Shown here: piece by piece, positions 28,827 through 38,982 of the stretch
Numbering within the stretch: the stretch's first letter is position 1
Layout of the letters: every line of letters starts with the position of its first letter
IMG/VR virus record: IMGVR_UViG_3300043409_002109
Span: 86,206 to 150,205 of that record
Source of the DNA: a virus
Strand: one strand, 5' to 3'
Length of the DNA stretch: 64,000 bases
Translations under genes and position numbers: made by a program
The notes under the pieces: model-generated
Told to the model about the DNA's origin: nothing
Databases searched by the model: none
Seen by the model: only the letters and a program-made list of their open reading frames with translations

Positions 28827-30563
28827 TTATCTACAGAAACCTATAGAAGGTTTATGTAGAATATTTTGTTTGAAAACTGTATCAATAAATTCTTTATTGA
28901 TAGTTTGATTTGTTTTTTCATAAGCGTAGATGTTTGTAGCAGCTACTCTTAAGAGTCTTCGGACGCGCTGTTCGATCTGTCGAACTTGTTTTATTTTGGC
29001 AAGCTCAGAGAAAGCTTCGTCGGTCCATTCAATTGGTAATGTTTTAATATTGTAGTCAAGAACTATCTTGGGCAGAAGATAATCATTTAAGATTTTATGA
29101 CGTTCTTCATATTCATATTCTCTAAATCGAATGAACTCTAATCTGTCTTTAAGAGCTTCAGGTATTCTATCTTCATAGTTTACTGTAGCAACGAATAGAA
29201 TCTTGCTAAGATCTACCTCTAACTCTATATAGCGATCGATAAATTCTTTATTTTGAGAGTTATCTAATGCGCTTAAAAGAGCTGATGCGGCTGAACCTCT
29301 ATGAGTATCAAGTTTATCTAGTTCATCCAAGAGTATACAAGGATTCATTGATCCAGCATTGCAAAGAGCATTGATAATTCTTCCGCATTTACTACTGATG
29401 TATGTTCTTCTGTGACCTACTATATCGGCTTCATCACCGATACCTCCTAAGCTGACGGTCTGGAAGGACCGTCCAGAAGCTTCTGCTAAGGTCCTAGCTA
29501 TACTGGATTTACCTGTTCCTGGAGGTCCAGATAAGCAGATAATAGCTCCTGAACTATTACCTTTAATCTTTTCTATGCACATATGTTCAATCAGATAATC
29601 TTTTACATCATCTAGACCATAGTGGCTTCTGTTAAGATCTTCTCTTAATGCTTTTAGAGAGAAATCTCTTTCTGAACTTTTGCCCCATGGGATTTTGAAT
29701 ACCCAGCTAAGATAATCTTTTAGCATAGATGCTTCGGTTGAATTTCCTGGCATCGAATCTAATCTACTTATTTCCTCAGAAATTTTTGGGCGATGCATCT
29801 CTGGGAAAGCTGTTATATCCAATCTTTCTTTATAAGAAAGATTCTTAGAAGAAGATGTATTACGCTCTTGTTTCTCTATCTTAGAATTAGTAGCAGGTGA
29901 TTTCTTTTTGTGTTTTCTTTCCATAACAAGATCACTAATTTGAGTAGTGGTCATAAGCCATCTTTCTAAATTAGATTCTTCTTGAAGATACTTAATTCTA
30001 GATTCTTTTTCAGAGAAAACATAATCTGCCATATAATCCATACGACGGAATAAGTTTACTTCTTCTGTTAAGAGATTACATAAAGTCTGTTCAAATATAT
30101 CAGAGTTTTTAGAGATGACTTTAGATAGAGCTTCAATATCTGCATAGATACCATGTTCATCATCTTCTAACTCTTCTATATAAAATTGAGTAGTACAATA
30201 GATTCTAGAGAGTCCATCAGTATCTATATCTAAAATAACATCTTCAGTAACGAATGCGCGTCCTTCAATTTTAATTGTATATAAAGACATCTCATCATTG
30301 ATATCTTCAGGCTCTGTTATAGAGCCTAATAATCCTATGTCATATACATTATCTAGATACTCTCCAAGATCTTCCATCATTAGAGATGTGTCTCTAGTTT
30401 TGGGTATAGCAAAGAGAATGCGACGTTTAATTTGATCTCTTCCTAAAGAAAATTCTACAGGAGAAAAATACTTTAGACGTTCATTCGAAATTAATAAGTG
30501 AATTACTTGTCCAGGGATAGGTATGTCATCATTTAATTCTAATACGTAAACGGGATAGTTCAT
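28827..30563 (-). CDS. lon: Lon-family N-domain plus AAA+ ATPase lacking the protease domain
   Basis: YL.W...IPWG, SHYGL..VK, GPPGTGKS, GHRRTYI, NP..LLDELDK, L.DRLE; ends KPSIGFCR with no Ser-Lys protease domain. Confidence 0.88.
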   Translation of the reverse strand: MNYPVYVLELNDDIPIPGQVIHLLISNERLKYFSPVEFSLGRDQIKRRILFAIPKTRDTSLMMEDLGEYLDNVYDIGLLGSITEPEDINDEMSLYTIKIEGRAFVTEDVILDIDTDGLSRIYCTTQFYIEELEDDEHGIYADIEALSKVISKNSDIFEQTLCNLLTEEVNLFRRMDYMADYVFSEKESRIKYLQEESNLERWLMTTTQISDLVMERKHKKKSPATNSKIEKQERNTSSSKNLSYKERLDITAFPEMHRPKISEEISRLDSMPGNSTEASMLKDYLSWVFKIPWGKSSERDFSLKALREDLNRSHYGLDDVKDYLIEHMCIEKIKGNSSGAIICLSGPPGTGKSSIARTLAEASGRSFQTVSLGGIGDEADIVGHRRTYISSKCGRIINALCNAGSMNPCILLDELDKLDTHRGSAASALLSALDNSQNKEFIDRYIELEVDLSKILFVATVNYEDRIPEALKDRLEFIRFREYEYEERHKILNDYLLPKIVLDYNIKTLPIEWTDEAFSELAKIKQVRQIEQRVRRLLRVAATNIYAYEKTNQTINKEFIDTVFKQNILHKPSIGFCR

Positions 30564-30613
30564 TGTTTTCCTAATACAAGAGGCGCCTTAGGCGCCTCTT
30601 GCTATCTCTGAAA

Positions 30614-30892
30614 TTATTTTTCAGGAAGTCTATTTAAAGTTTTTGACCATATAGTTTGAAGATCATTTTCTAATTCAGTTATTTTTTCTTCTAAGTATTC
30701 AATTCTAGAATCTTTTTCAGCAAGAATGTATTTAGTTATTGCTTTTTCTTGTTGTAATAGTAATTCGGCAGGATGAAGTGGCCAAGCTTTATTTCTAATA
30801 TAGAAAGATATTGTTTGTACTAGAAAATATACTACGAATCCAAGCTGATAAAGACCTAGACAACAAAGAAAATTAATTGCTATTGTCTGCAT
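30614..30892 (-). CDS. small membrane protein with coiled coil
   Basis: N-terminal hydrophobic helix. Confidence 0.6.
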   Translation of the reverse strand: MQTIAINFLCCLGLYQLGFVVYFLVQTISFYIRNKAWPLHPAELLLQQEKAITKYILAEKDSRIEYLEEKITELENDLQTIWSKTLNRLPEK

Positions 30893-31205
30893 TAATAATC
30901 TCTGAGTCTATTGATTCTACTTCTATTTTCTTTAAAGTAGTTTCTCTGTTTTTCTTTTCTTTAATTAGTTGTTTAGGTGTTTTAAGATTTAGTAATTCAT
31001 TTTCTAAATCTTGTAAGCGCCTAATTAAAATAGAGCGTTCATTTTCTAGGGCATAAATCTTAGCATTAGCTGTTTTTACTTTACGCTCTAATTCTATTAT
31101 GGTCGTCATTATGGATCCAAATGATGTTGTTTTGTAAGCCATAAGATTCCATTTCTTTTTGGGAAACTTTATAAGCTTGTAGAGGAAGTCCACTATAATA
31201 TTCAC
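30873..31205 (-). CDS. coiled-coil hypothetical protein
   Basis: AGGAG RBS, GTG start. Confidence 0.55.
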   Translation of the reverse strand: MNIIVDFLYKLIKFPKKKWNLMAYKTTSFGSIMTTIIELERKVKTANAKIYALENERSILIRRLQDLENELLNLKTPKQLIKEKKNRETTLKKIEVESIDSEIINADNSN

Positions 31206-31360
31206 ATCTTTCTCCTAGCAGGATACCTTGTGAATTAATTATTGGAGTCATGATTGGGTAATAAAATCCTTTAGCACCTTTTAACGAGGTATAAAAGGAT
31301 TCAATTGAAAAAAAGGTATAGAAAGATTGAGCTAAAGCGAATTCCAAAGGCATGTTATTC

Positions 31361-31720
31361 CTATGTTAACAAATGGATAAAATATAACAAGAAGATTAAA
31401 TGTAAAGTTTGATCAAGAGCTTGTATTAAAATTACTTTATTAAAATTCTGATCTATTCTGGCACGTTGAATTTCCCAAGAGGAAAGTGAATCTGAAAGTA
31501 TGTGAAACATAGTTATAAGTATAGTATAGTCAATGATATTAAGAAAATTAAAATTGACTACAGGATACAAAGTTAAACCTGTAACAAGAGTCAATGTATA
31601 AATCATATGATGTTTAAACATTTCAGAATGTTTCCACCATTTATCTTTAAGCATTATGTTTGTTTGGAATAAAAAGTCTCCAATTAAATGAAGAATTAGA
31701 AGGTATGATATCAGCTGCAT
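31361..31720 (-). CDS. DUF3307-like membrane protein
   Basis: H..GDF.FQ...K....H...Y...H...D...DQ.LH. Confidence 0.75.
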   Translation of the reverse strand: MQLISYLLILHLIGDFLFQTNIMLKDKWWKHSEMFKHHMIYTLTLVTGLTLYPVVNFNFLNIIDYTILITMFHILSDSLSSWEIQRARIDQNFNKVILIQALDQTLHLIFLLYFIHLLT

Positions 31721-31807
31721 ATGGTGATCTTTAAAGAATATTATTATTTAGAGATTAAATAAGATTCGTATATTATAGAGATACTCCTAAGGAGTATCTC
31801 TATATAT

Positions 31808-32134
31808 TTAATAACTAGCTGATTCGGTAAGTATTGGAAAATCTTCGAAGATGTTTTTAACTAAATTTCTAATACTTTCATTTGTAGAGTCGCTTCTATC
31901 GATTTCTAAGTAAATTCTTTGTAGAGAATTTAGAGAAACCTGTAAGATACCCGCTAGTCGGCTGTCAGTAGCGCCATGGCCGTCTGCGATATAACCAAGT
32001 CTATTCATTAGGATTCCAAGAATATCACATGGTTGGTAATTATAATCCCATACTCTAAACTTCAGACTTGATTTGGCTTTGACATCGAACTCATCGAAAA
32101 GACCGAGAAAGGTAATACGTGCTAGATTGCTCAT
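31808..32134 (-). CDS. hypothetical protein, paralog of 55466..55924
   Basis: Shared RI.FL.L.DE.DVK...QP.DI.G....RLGY...LQV...EIDR..STNESIR. Confidence 0.72.
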   Translation of the reverse strand: MSNLARITFLGLFDEFDVKAKSSLKFRVWDYNYQPCDILGILMNRLGYIADGHGATDSRLAGILQVSLNSLQRIYLEIDRSDSTNESIRNLVKNIFEDFPILTESASY

Positions 32135-32764
32135 TAAATTTTCCTATTAATTGTTATATGTATAGTAAGGAGTATGCCGGTAAGGGCATACTCCTAAATA
32201 TCTTTCTATTTTTTCCATAAGATGAAACTTATAGTATGCGATAGTTTTGATACTGCCAACAAATTAGGCTGATCTTTATTGCATAGAAACATATTATATT
32301 TTGCTGATTGGTTTCACGCCTTAGCTCGCAAAGAATCTAAGTGAGTACGTTCTTTTCACGTATGCTAGTAGTTAATGTCTAGACTGACAGACTTTTTATC
32401 GAGTAATCTATTATCTTTTAAGTTTTTGTCTTTATATTTATATTTAAATTGATGTTTATTGATATTGTTTTCGATTCAGACAGATATTACTATCCTCTAT
32501 ATCTACTATCGCACGTATAACAACTTTTTAGATTTTTTCTATTGATTACTAACTTATATTTTCGAAGACAACCTCTATCTAGCAATTTTTTGGATTCAAT
32601 TTCATCTCTTAATCTTTGACTCATTTATTTATTACGTAGAAAATCATTTCTATAGGCAACAAATCATTATTGGCAGATCCCTTTAATGCAATTGTTGTTT
32701 GATCCTATAGTCTACATAACAAATTTATTTATCTCGGAGAGGTTTACTTTCTCTTCTTCGGGTG

Positions 32765-32802
32765 CCAGCTCGCCAAAGCGAAAGGGCGCCATAGGCGCCC
32801 CC
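32765..32802. repeat. 38-nt direct repeat, copy 1
   Basis: ccagctcgccaaagcgaaagggcgccataggcgccccc, identical to 50067-50104. Confidence 0.9.
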
Positions 32803-32811
32803 CACAAAGAC

Positions 32812-33093
32812 TTATAGTGTACGATTAGAGTCAGGTTTAAAACCTTTAAAATTCCCCCAAGGCCATAGAACTTGTAAGAGTTTAACTCTATGTTCGTGGT
32901 TACCTTTACTCGCTACAAATGCTAAGGCAGTTACATCAAAAGGAGTTTCAAATTTTGTAACATACCAATTTATAACTTGTTTCTCTGTATCAGTCATAAC
33001 TATTTTGATATCTCTTGCCTGCATAGAGAAATCAATTTTTATTCCTGAAGAGATTATTTGATGAGGAGAAGGAAAGTCGAAGATATCAAGCAT
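32812..33093 (-). CDS. hypothetical protein
   Basis: Operon packing. Confidence 0.55.
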   Translation of the reverse strand: MLDIFDFPSPHQIISSGIKIDFSMQARDIKIVMTDTEKQVINWYVTKFETPFDVTALAFVASKGNHEHRVKLLQVLWPWGNFKGFKPDSNRTL

Positions 33094-33394
33094 GAGAATT
33101 CCTTTCAGGAATTATTAAATAAGAATTTTTATCTTCTGCTGGGTGTGGATCTAACAGATGATATCTGCTGTTACTTTCAGTTACGAGAACTCTCCCCTCT
33201 CTATATCTAATAGGTGAGGTAGTCGTAATTCTAATGTGACTTAAAAGTTGTCCATATTCTGTTAAGACTTGGCCGCTTAAATAGAATTCATCTTTATTAA
33301 ATTTCACTAAACGCCATGTGGTGATAGTTCTATCTCGACTACCTGTTTCATGAGTAACAATAGTGTTGAAGTGTGGTTCCATTATGTTATTCAT
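33086..33394 (-). CDS. hypothetical protein (conserved phage W...L.G.V....TSPI....TES.S.Y.L type)
   Basis: Motif pattern, ATGA overlap. Confidence 0.6.
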   Translation of the reverse strand: MNNIMEPHFNTIVTHETGSRDRTITTWRLVKFNKDEFYLSGQVLTEYGQLLSHIRITTTSPIRYREGRVLVTESNSRYHLLDPHPAEDKNSYLIIPERNSHA

Positions 33395-33816
33395 GATATT
33401 AGCTCTAAGATTTTAGTTTTTAAGTTAGGGAAAAGATTTTCTGGCAAGTCATCGGCATTAAACCATTCCCATCTTTCACATTTATGTGGCTCCATTAGCT
33501 TAACATTTTGTTTTAGTTTAGGATCTAAATCCATAAAATAATAACAAGTTATACAAGCAATGTTTAAGTCTGAGTGTTGTTCAATTGTAGCTTCTAAACT
33601 ATATAGCTCTGATTGAGATACTTTTAATCCAACTTCTTCAAGAAGTTCTCGCTGACAAGTTTCTTTTAAATCAGTGTCTGTACGATCGACCCAACCACCT
33701 GGGGCTGACCAAAGCCCAGCTGCATGGGCTCCTTTACGGAGTCCTAAGAGGACCTGATCTTCGTCGTCTATCACTATTATAGCGACACCAACACCAACGT
33801 CATTTGGTCTGGGCAT
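33391..33816 (-). CDS. Nudix hydrolase (MutT/NUDT15-like)
   Basis: VGVGV, PGG......RELLEEVGL, EPHKCERWEWF. Confidence 0.9.
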   Translation of the reverse strand: MPRPNDVGVGVAIIVIDDEDQVLLGLRKGAHAAGLWSAPGGWVDRTDTDLKETCQRELLEEVGLKVSQSELYSLEATIEQHSDLNIACITCYYFMDLDPKLKQNVKLMEPHKCERWEWFNADDLPENLFPNLKTKILELIS

Positions 33817-33891
33817 AATATATTCCTTGGAGTTTCATAATCCGGACCAACAGGGGGCCATAGGCCCCCTGACTAACAAAGCATTGTTAGG

Positions 33892-35742
33892 TTAAATCAG
33901 GCAGGCTCCGCCTGCACATGAAGCTTCGCCAACTAAAGAGGTATCATCATCTAATTCTATGATTCTAGTAAAGTCTAGGTTGTCGGGGAGTCGCGCATTC
34001 ATTTCTGAGTATTGTTCTTCAGTAATACTTTCGAAAGGAGCTTGTCTATAAGTTCCTCCATCAAAAGGTAATACTGAGATACCAGCATAGTTATTACGAT
34101 TATCCCACATCCAAGAGCCTACTTCTTCCCATTCATTATCACGAACAGATACAGTTACTGAGATACTATGAGTGTTGTCTCCTCTATTATGTCCTGGATA
34201 TACCCATTCATTATAGAATTTCTTTACTCGCTCTAAGAGATCAAGAGCTGATTCAGTATCTCTGGTAATAGCATTATCAGGTGCTTCACAAGGTATAGTT
34301 AAGATAGCTTGGAGGTCGGGTTTTTCCAGATCATCTTCAAGGAATTCACCAAGATACTTTTGAAAGAACTTATAGATTGCTTCGTGTTTACCAACACGAA
34401 TGCGACGAATCCACCAGAAATCATGCCAAGAATGAATGCCAGAGCTAGAACCTAACACTACCGAAGTGGTACCGTCAGGCTTTTGAAGAGTGCATCGAGC
34501 AGCTTGGTTAATACCGAGAAGTTCTGCGAAATATTTATTGGTCTCAACAACTTTTTCAGCAGCCTCTCTATGATTTAGGGCCAAGAATTCATCTGTGGCT
34601 ACGCCAGTGCTTCCTACTCCAATTAGTGCATCTTTTTCAGTAGCTTCTTTCCAGCAAGGACGAAGATAATGAAAATCAGTATAGGTGGCTTGTAATGTGC
34701 CTATGAAGGCTGCGGCCCAAGCAGCCTTGTTATACTGTTCTTGAGTAGTAATAACACTAGCATTAATAGTAGTAAGATTGCAGAAGGAGAATGGTTCCAA
34801 TCTGGCTTCAACACAGGGATTTGATCTGGATCTACCCGGATTAGTCCAGAACAGTCCTGGTTCGCCAGACTTGCTATCCTTTAGCCATTGAAAATATTTC
34901 TTGAAATCTGCTTCAGTAAATGAATCTCTGAAGGCGACCATGCTGTTGTTTGCGCGCCCAAGATAAGGACGCTCAACCCACCACTCGCCATGTTTGCAAG
35001 TAGCCATGAGTTCGTCATCTTTATCAAAGAAGGCAATCATGGCAGCTCGGCGGATGCCACCAGATAGTACGGCATCTGCCATAAGGCACATGATTGAATG
35101 CACTTCCAGAGAGTTTAGCTGACGGCCTATAGCAGCATTGAGAATGCGTTTGATGAAATTCAATGCAGCCCGCAAGGGGGCTGCACCGGGGGCTCTACCA
35201 CCAGAAGTGATTAAGCGTTCACCTTTATGGCGGATACCACTATAATCATACTGAGGGAGCGCATTCCCGAAGAAGAATGCTTTAAATAGCATACGAACTG
35301 ACTCTGCCCAGCCCATAATAGAATCTTCTATTACATATTTCTGAGAGAGTGCAGGCTTAACTACTGAAGGTAGTTGACTAATGTTTTCATGTTCAACTGA
35401 ATAACCTACTCCTGTTCCGCCTAAAAGCATGAACATGGTTTCAGAGAAACATCTGTAGTTATCACAAGGTAGATAGCTGCAGTTATTGATTCTGCTATTG
35501 TTAGCAGCGATAGCAGCACCAGCAAATTGAGCACTTCTCATACTGGGAAGTACTTTCTTTTGGTAAACTAATTCATATGCTTCGTTGATTGTGTCTTCTA
35601 AATGAGGAAATTTATCTAGATGCATCTGTTTATTGCGATCTATAATTTCTGAATAGACTTCACGTCGCTTTAAATTATCTAAATACCGGGCATATTTTGA
35701 ATGCACCGTAGCCTCACTAAGTATAGCCATACCTTTATTCAT
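33892..35742 (-). CDS. nrdJ: class II (adenosylcobalamin) ribonucleotide reductase, monomeric type
   Basis: LPSMRS, NNC, GTGVG, GGIRRAA, SGEPG, NPCVE, FCNL, KPDGTTS, C-terminal CAGGAC. Confidence 0.92.
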   Translation of the reverse strand: MNKGMAILSEATVHSKYARYLDNLKRREVYSEIIDRNKQMHLDKFPHLEDTINEAYELVYQKKVLPSMRSAQFAGAAIAANNSRINNCSYLPCDNYRCFSETMFMLLGGTGVGYSVEHENISQLPSVVKPALSQKYVIEDSIMGWAESVRMLFKAFFFGNALPQYDYSGIRHKGERLITSGGRAPGAAPLRAALNFIKRILNAAIGRQLNSLEVHSIMCLMADAVLSGGIRRAAMIAFFDKDDELMATCKHGEWWVERPYLGRANNSMVAFRDSFTEADFKKYFQWLKDSKSGEPGLFWTNPGRSRSNPCVEARLEPFSFCNLTTINASVITTQEQYNKAAWAAAFIGTLQATYTDFHYLRPCWKEATEKDALIGVGSTGVATDEFLALNHREAAEKVVETNKYFAELLGINQAARCTLQKPDGTTSVVLGSSSGIHSWHDFWWIRRIRVGKHEAIYKFFQKYLGEFLEDDLEKPDLQAILTIPCEAPDNAITRDTESALDLLERVKKFYNEWVYPGHNRGDNTHSISVTVSVRDNEWEEVGSWMWDNRNNYAGISVLPFDGGTYRQAPFESITEEQYSEMNARLPDNLDFTRIIELDDDTSLVGEASCAGGACLI

Positions 35743-35775
35743 TTGCTCACCTCTATCTGGGGGTAGCTTTTGATT

Positions 35776-36288
35776 CTACTTCTTAGCATCTGAACTGCCA
35801 ACACAACCGTCTTGTCGTGCGCTTGACACTAAATATCTTTCCCATTCATCTGGACTAAGCTGCTGAAACTGATTGAATGTAGTTGTGATTAGTAACTGAA
35901 AGGGAAGCTTATCACCAAAAGTAAAGTAGTGTGGAGCAGCTTCATCATTAAGATGTACGCAATTAACGAAGATCATACCTGTGTAACCTGCGTCAATGCA
36001 TCCCGCTCTTACCTTTAAGTTAGTTTTAGTAATGGAACTACGTTCTATAACTAATCCAACACGATCTTTTTGTAAGGCTATATGTAATCCTGTAGGAAGT
36101 AATATTCTTCCTCTGCCACTATCTGGATCTCTTATGGGCCAAACTTCTTGATTAGGCCCGGTATAATATAAATCAAGACAAGCACTCTCTCCACCATAAG
36201 CGGGACCATAGGAGTCAGGATTTATCTTGTTGATTCTAAGTGCTTCTTTTAATTGTTCTGTTACGAATATGAGTGTTGGACTTGACAT
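35776..36288 (-). CDS. dut: trimeric dUTPase
   Basis: SACLDL, PTG, ERSS, G.IDAGYTG, Q, R..G..GSS; probable start MSSPT. Confidence 0.85.
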   Translation of the reverse strand: MSSPTLIFVTEQLKEALRINKINPDSYGPAYGGESACLDLYYTGPNQEVWPIRDPDSGRGRILLPTGLHIALQKDRVGLVIERSSITKTNLKVRAGCIDAGYTGMIFVNCVHLNDEAAPHYFTFGDKLPFQLLITTTFNQFQQLSPDEWERYLVSSARQDGCVGSSDAKK

Positions 36289-36376
36289 TGTTCTTCTTTG
36301 TTTGTAGATTGATGTTGGTCGCGCGATCTCTAGGGTATAGAGCAACATACTGTTGAGCGCGAATAGTATAATTACT

Positions 36377-37054
36377 ATGGAGTTTAATATGAGTGAATAT
36401 GCAGGCGTAGCTGAAGGTTGGATTAAAGAACGGTTTCTTCGTCAGCGTCGATTTATCCCTGACTTAACTGTTGGAGCAGAATCTTCAGACACAATTTCTG
36501 TTGCTGTACAGCTTCGTACATTCGAAGCTTCTGGTAATGAGTATGTAGATGCAGACTCTTCTATCGCATGTCTTTGTACCCTTATCAATAGCAAGGGCGA
36601 GGATGTCGGGGCTGGTAAACTTCGTACTGCTGTTGTAGCAGGCGGAGCCGCTGGTAACATAACAGTAACTGGTATTGCTACATTAGATGAGCTTGTCAGT
36701 GTAATCCACTGTACTGCTGGTGGTGCTGTTGATGGTGATTTCGCTGATTTAACTTCTCAGTTTACAATTTCAGCTGCTAACACTATCAATAACACTGCTG
36801 GTACCAACACGACTGGTAACAAACTTATTGTTATTTACCGTGATCGTGCCGAGTTCCATCTCGCTGAGAGTGGTGCAGGAACTGCCGTAACTGGTACAAC
36901 CCGTGGGTCCTTACTCGTTACTTCTAGTGCTGCAGGTGCCTTCACAATTGACGTGAAGGATGTTGTAGGTGCTTCTGGGGCTACCCTCTATCTTAAGATA
37001 GAGCCCCTTAACGTACCTGGTTATCCAGCTTATACAGCAGTAACTTTTAACTAA
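36377..37054 (+). CDS. putative virion structural protein (isolated plus-strand gene)
   Basis: Ala/Gly/Thr-rich beta protein; start ATG 36377 or 36389. Confidence 0.55.
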   Translation: MEFNMSEYAGVAEGWIKERFLRQRRFIPDLTVGAESSDTISVAVQLRTFEASGNEYVDADSSIACLCTLINSKGEDVGAGKLRTAVVAGGAAGNITVTGIATLDELVSVIHCTAGGAVDGDFADLTSQFTISAANTINNTAGTNTTGNKLIVIYRDRAEFHLAESGAGTAVTGTTRGSLLVTSSAAGAFTIDVKDVVGASGATLYLKIEPLNVPGYPAYTAVTFN

Positions 37055-37072
37055 TACTTAGTTAAGTTATTC

Positions 37073-37100
37073 CAATGGGCGGCCTTCGGGCCGCCCATTG
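37073..37100. terminator. bidirectional hairpin between convergent genes
   Basis: CAATGGGCGGCC-TTCG-GGCCGCCCATTG, cUUCGg loop. Confidence 0.75.
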
Positions 37101-37104
37101 TCGT

Positions 37105-37338
37105 TTAGTCTTCAAGATTAATAATAGACAAGAATTCATCTGGAAAATATTCTTCGAGAAGGTTAGAAATACTATGCTTGAGGGTGAAGCTCGAAGAGGC
37201 ACATCCTTTACAAGCTCCTAGCATTCGAATGTAAACGAAACCATTGCTCGTTTCTACGAGTTCTATGTAGCCGCCATCTTGTTCGACCATAGGATTTATT
37301 TCTTCTAAGAAGATTTCTTGGAGTACGAGGAGGGTCAT
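37105..37338 (-). CDS. NifU C-terminal / NfuA-like Fe-S carrier
   Basis: INP....DGG.IEL......VY....GACKGCASS..TLK. Confidence 0.88.
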   Translation of the reverse strand: MTLLVLQEIFLEEINPMVEQDGGYIELVETSNGFVYIRMLGACKGCASSSFTLKHSISNLLEEYFPDEFLSIINLED

Positions 37339-37548
37339 TTAGCTCTCACGAGGGTTAAGTTCGAGTACTTCACCAATGCAAATGATATAGCCTAAGCAAT
37401 CACAGGCCTGACAATCTTCTTTTTGGTGCTCATTTCGATTGCAGAATAGCGTTCTTGAAAGACCGCTATAGCAAGAGTTTGTATGATAGTGGGTTTTGTA
37501 TCCTCTATGCATACAAGCACCACATGGTACTTTAATTTTAGCTATCAT
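37339..37548 (-). CDS. small zinc-finger protein (DnaJ-type CxxCxxxG)
   Basis: CGAC..RG, CQAC..LG. Confidence 0.55.
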   Translation of the reverse strand: MIAKIKVPCGACMHRGYKTHYHTNSCYSGLSRTLFCNRNEHQKEDCQACDCLGYIICIGEVLELNPRES

Positions 37549-37649
37549 TTATATTCCTTGAGAACCTAAATCCCAAATAAGACATGTATAGAGAATTAGG
37601 AATAATATTCCTAAACCTATTTCTCCTGTGTAATCATGATTATCCATAG

Positions 37650-38105
37650 TTATAAGTCGTAGATATGGATAGCACGATTATTGAAAACATTTTCTATAAT
37701 TTCTTCAATAAGCTTCCAATCACCACCTGCTCTTCCGGCACCAATTCTTCCACTTGCTACTATTTCTTCATCAAGTATTTTCCAAATGCTTAAACGATCT
37801 TTAAGCGCTTGAAGACTTGTATCTAAAGCATAGTAATCGAGATGACATTTATCTAATCCATATCGATATTGAGTATAGAGATTAACAAGAATCCGATTGT
37901 CTTTTAAAGCATGAGTATAGGAAGTAGTACCTAATTTTCCTAAGTCTCCTTTTGGAGTCTGAAGATCTGCTCGATAAGCTTCCGGATATCGCTCGCGCAT
38001 TTCTTTGGCTAAGCCTGAATTCATGGTGCAAAAACAATTAGCACCATGGAAGATTACTTTAGCTTGAGAGTCAAAGACATTACCTCTGACATATTTAATT
38101 GGCAT
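37650..38105 (-). CDS. macrodomain ADP-ribose-processing protein
   Basis: GNVF, HGANC...M.SG.A, NLYTQ, RIGAG.AGGDW. Confidence 0.88.
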   Translation of the reverse strand: MPIKYVRGNVFDSQAKVIFHGANCFCTMNSGLAKEMRERYPEAYRADLQTPKGDLGKLGTTSYTHALKDNRILVNLYTQYRYGLDKCHLDYYALDTSLQALKDRLSIWKILDEEIVASGRIGAGRAGGDWKLIEEIIENVFNNRAIHIYDL

Positions 38106-38197
38106 TTTAGAATCTCATTTTTCAGTTTTTGGAATTAATAGGAAGTGCTTTTGTCGAAAATTGAAATTTATAAAATTCTAATTCCTTAATTCGCGAA

Positions 38198-38980
38198 TCA
38201 TATAGGAAACTTGTGAGGACTAAAGATAGAGGGGCAATAAGAAACAGGATTCTTCACAGAGAGACTTCTTATAGGCGCCCCCTCTTCTAGAATCAAAGCA
38301 GTTAAGGCCCCACCATGAACACAACCAGTATCCAAGCCAATAGCATAAGGAAAGATACGAGGTCCCATAGAATTCAGAAAAGGCTGATGACCAAAGATTA
38401 CTGTACCATATCTACCTTCGTATATCTCCGCCCAGTAAGTATCATATTGAGTAATACTATGTATATCTTTAACAGATTTTCCTGTTGGAGTAATGTATCT
38501 GGTACGTAAAATTTTCTCTAAAGATTTTCTAGGAGTGCTCGAAAGTTGGAAAAGATCTTTAATTAGGAGTTCGTCCTTTAGATCTATATGTTCAGGCGCG
38601 ATACCTCCATGAACACACATGTATTTTTGATCATTTATTATAAATGAATAATAAAGGTATCCTTCTAATAACCAATCTATGTCTTCTCGGGTTAAGCCTT
38701 CCTTTTCGAAGTCTTCTACCCATGTCATGAGTCTACGCTCTTCTTCGGTCTTTATGTACCACCTGTAATGCTTATCTTCATGATTAGCAAATATGAATTT
38801 AACATTACAGTTCAGGTTTTTTAAGATCTGAATAATTTGATGGCCGTATCCATTCCTCTTATGGAATAAATCACCGAGACTAATAAAAGTATCTTCTTGA
38901 GTTAATTCTAATGTCTTAAGAAGGATCTGTAATGTTTCTATACATCCATGAATATCACCTATACAAATTGTTCTTCCCAT
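38198..38980 (-). CDS. PPP/ApaH/Pnkp-type metallophosphoesterase
   Basis: IGDIHG, LGD, NHE, VHGG, FGH, LDTGCV.GG.LTA. Confidence 0.88.
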   Translation of the reverse strand: MGRTICIGDIHGCIETLQILLKTLELTQEDTFISLGDLFHKRNGYGHQIIQILKNLNCNVKFIFANHEDKHYRWYIKTEEERRLMTWVEDFEKEGLTREDIDWLLEGYLYYSFIINDQKYMCVHGGIAPEHIDLKDELLIKDLFQLSSTPRKSLEKILRTRYITPTGKSVKDIHSITQYDTYWAEIYEGRYGTVIFGHQPFLNSMGPRIFPYAIGLDTGCVHGGALTALILEEGAPIRSLSVKNPVSYCPSIFSPHKFPI

Positions 38981-38982
38981 AA

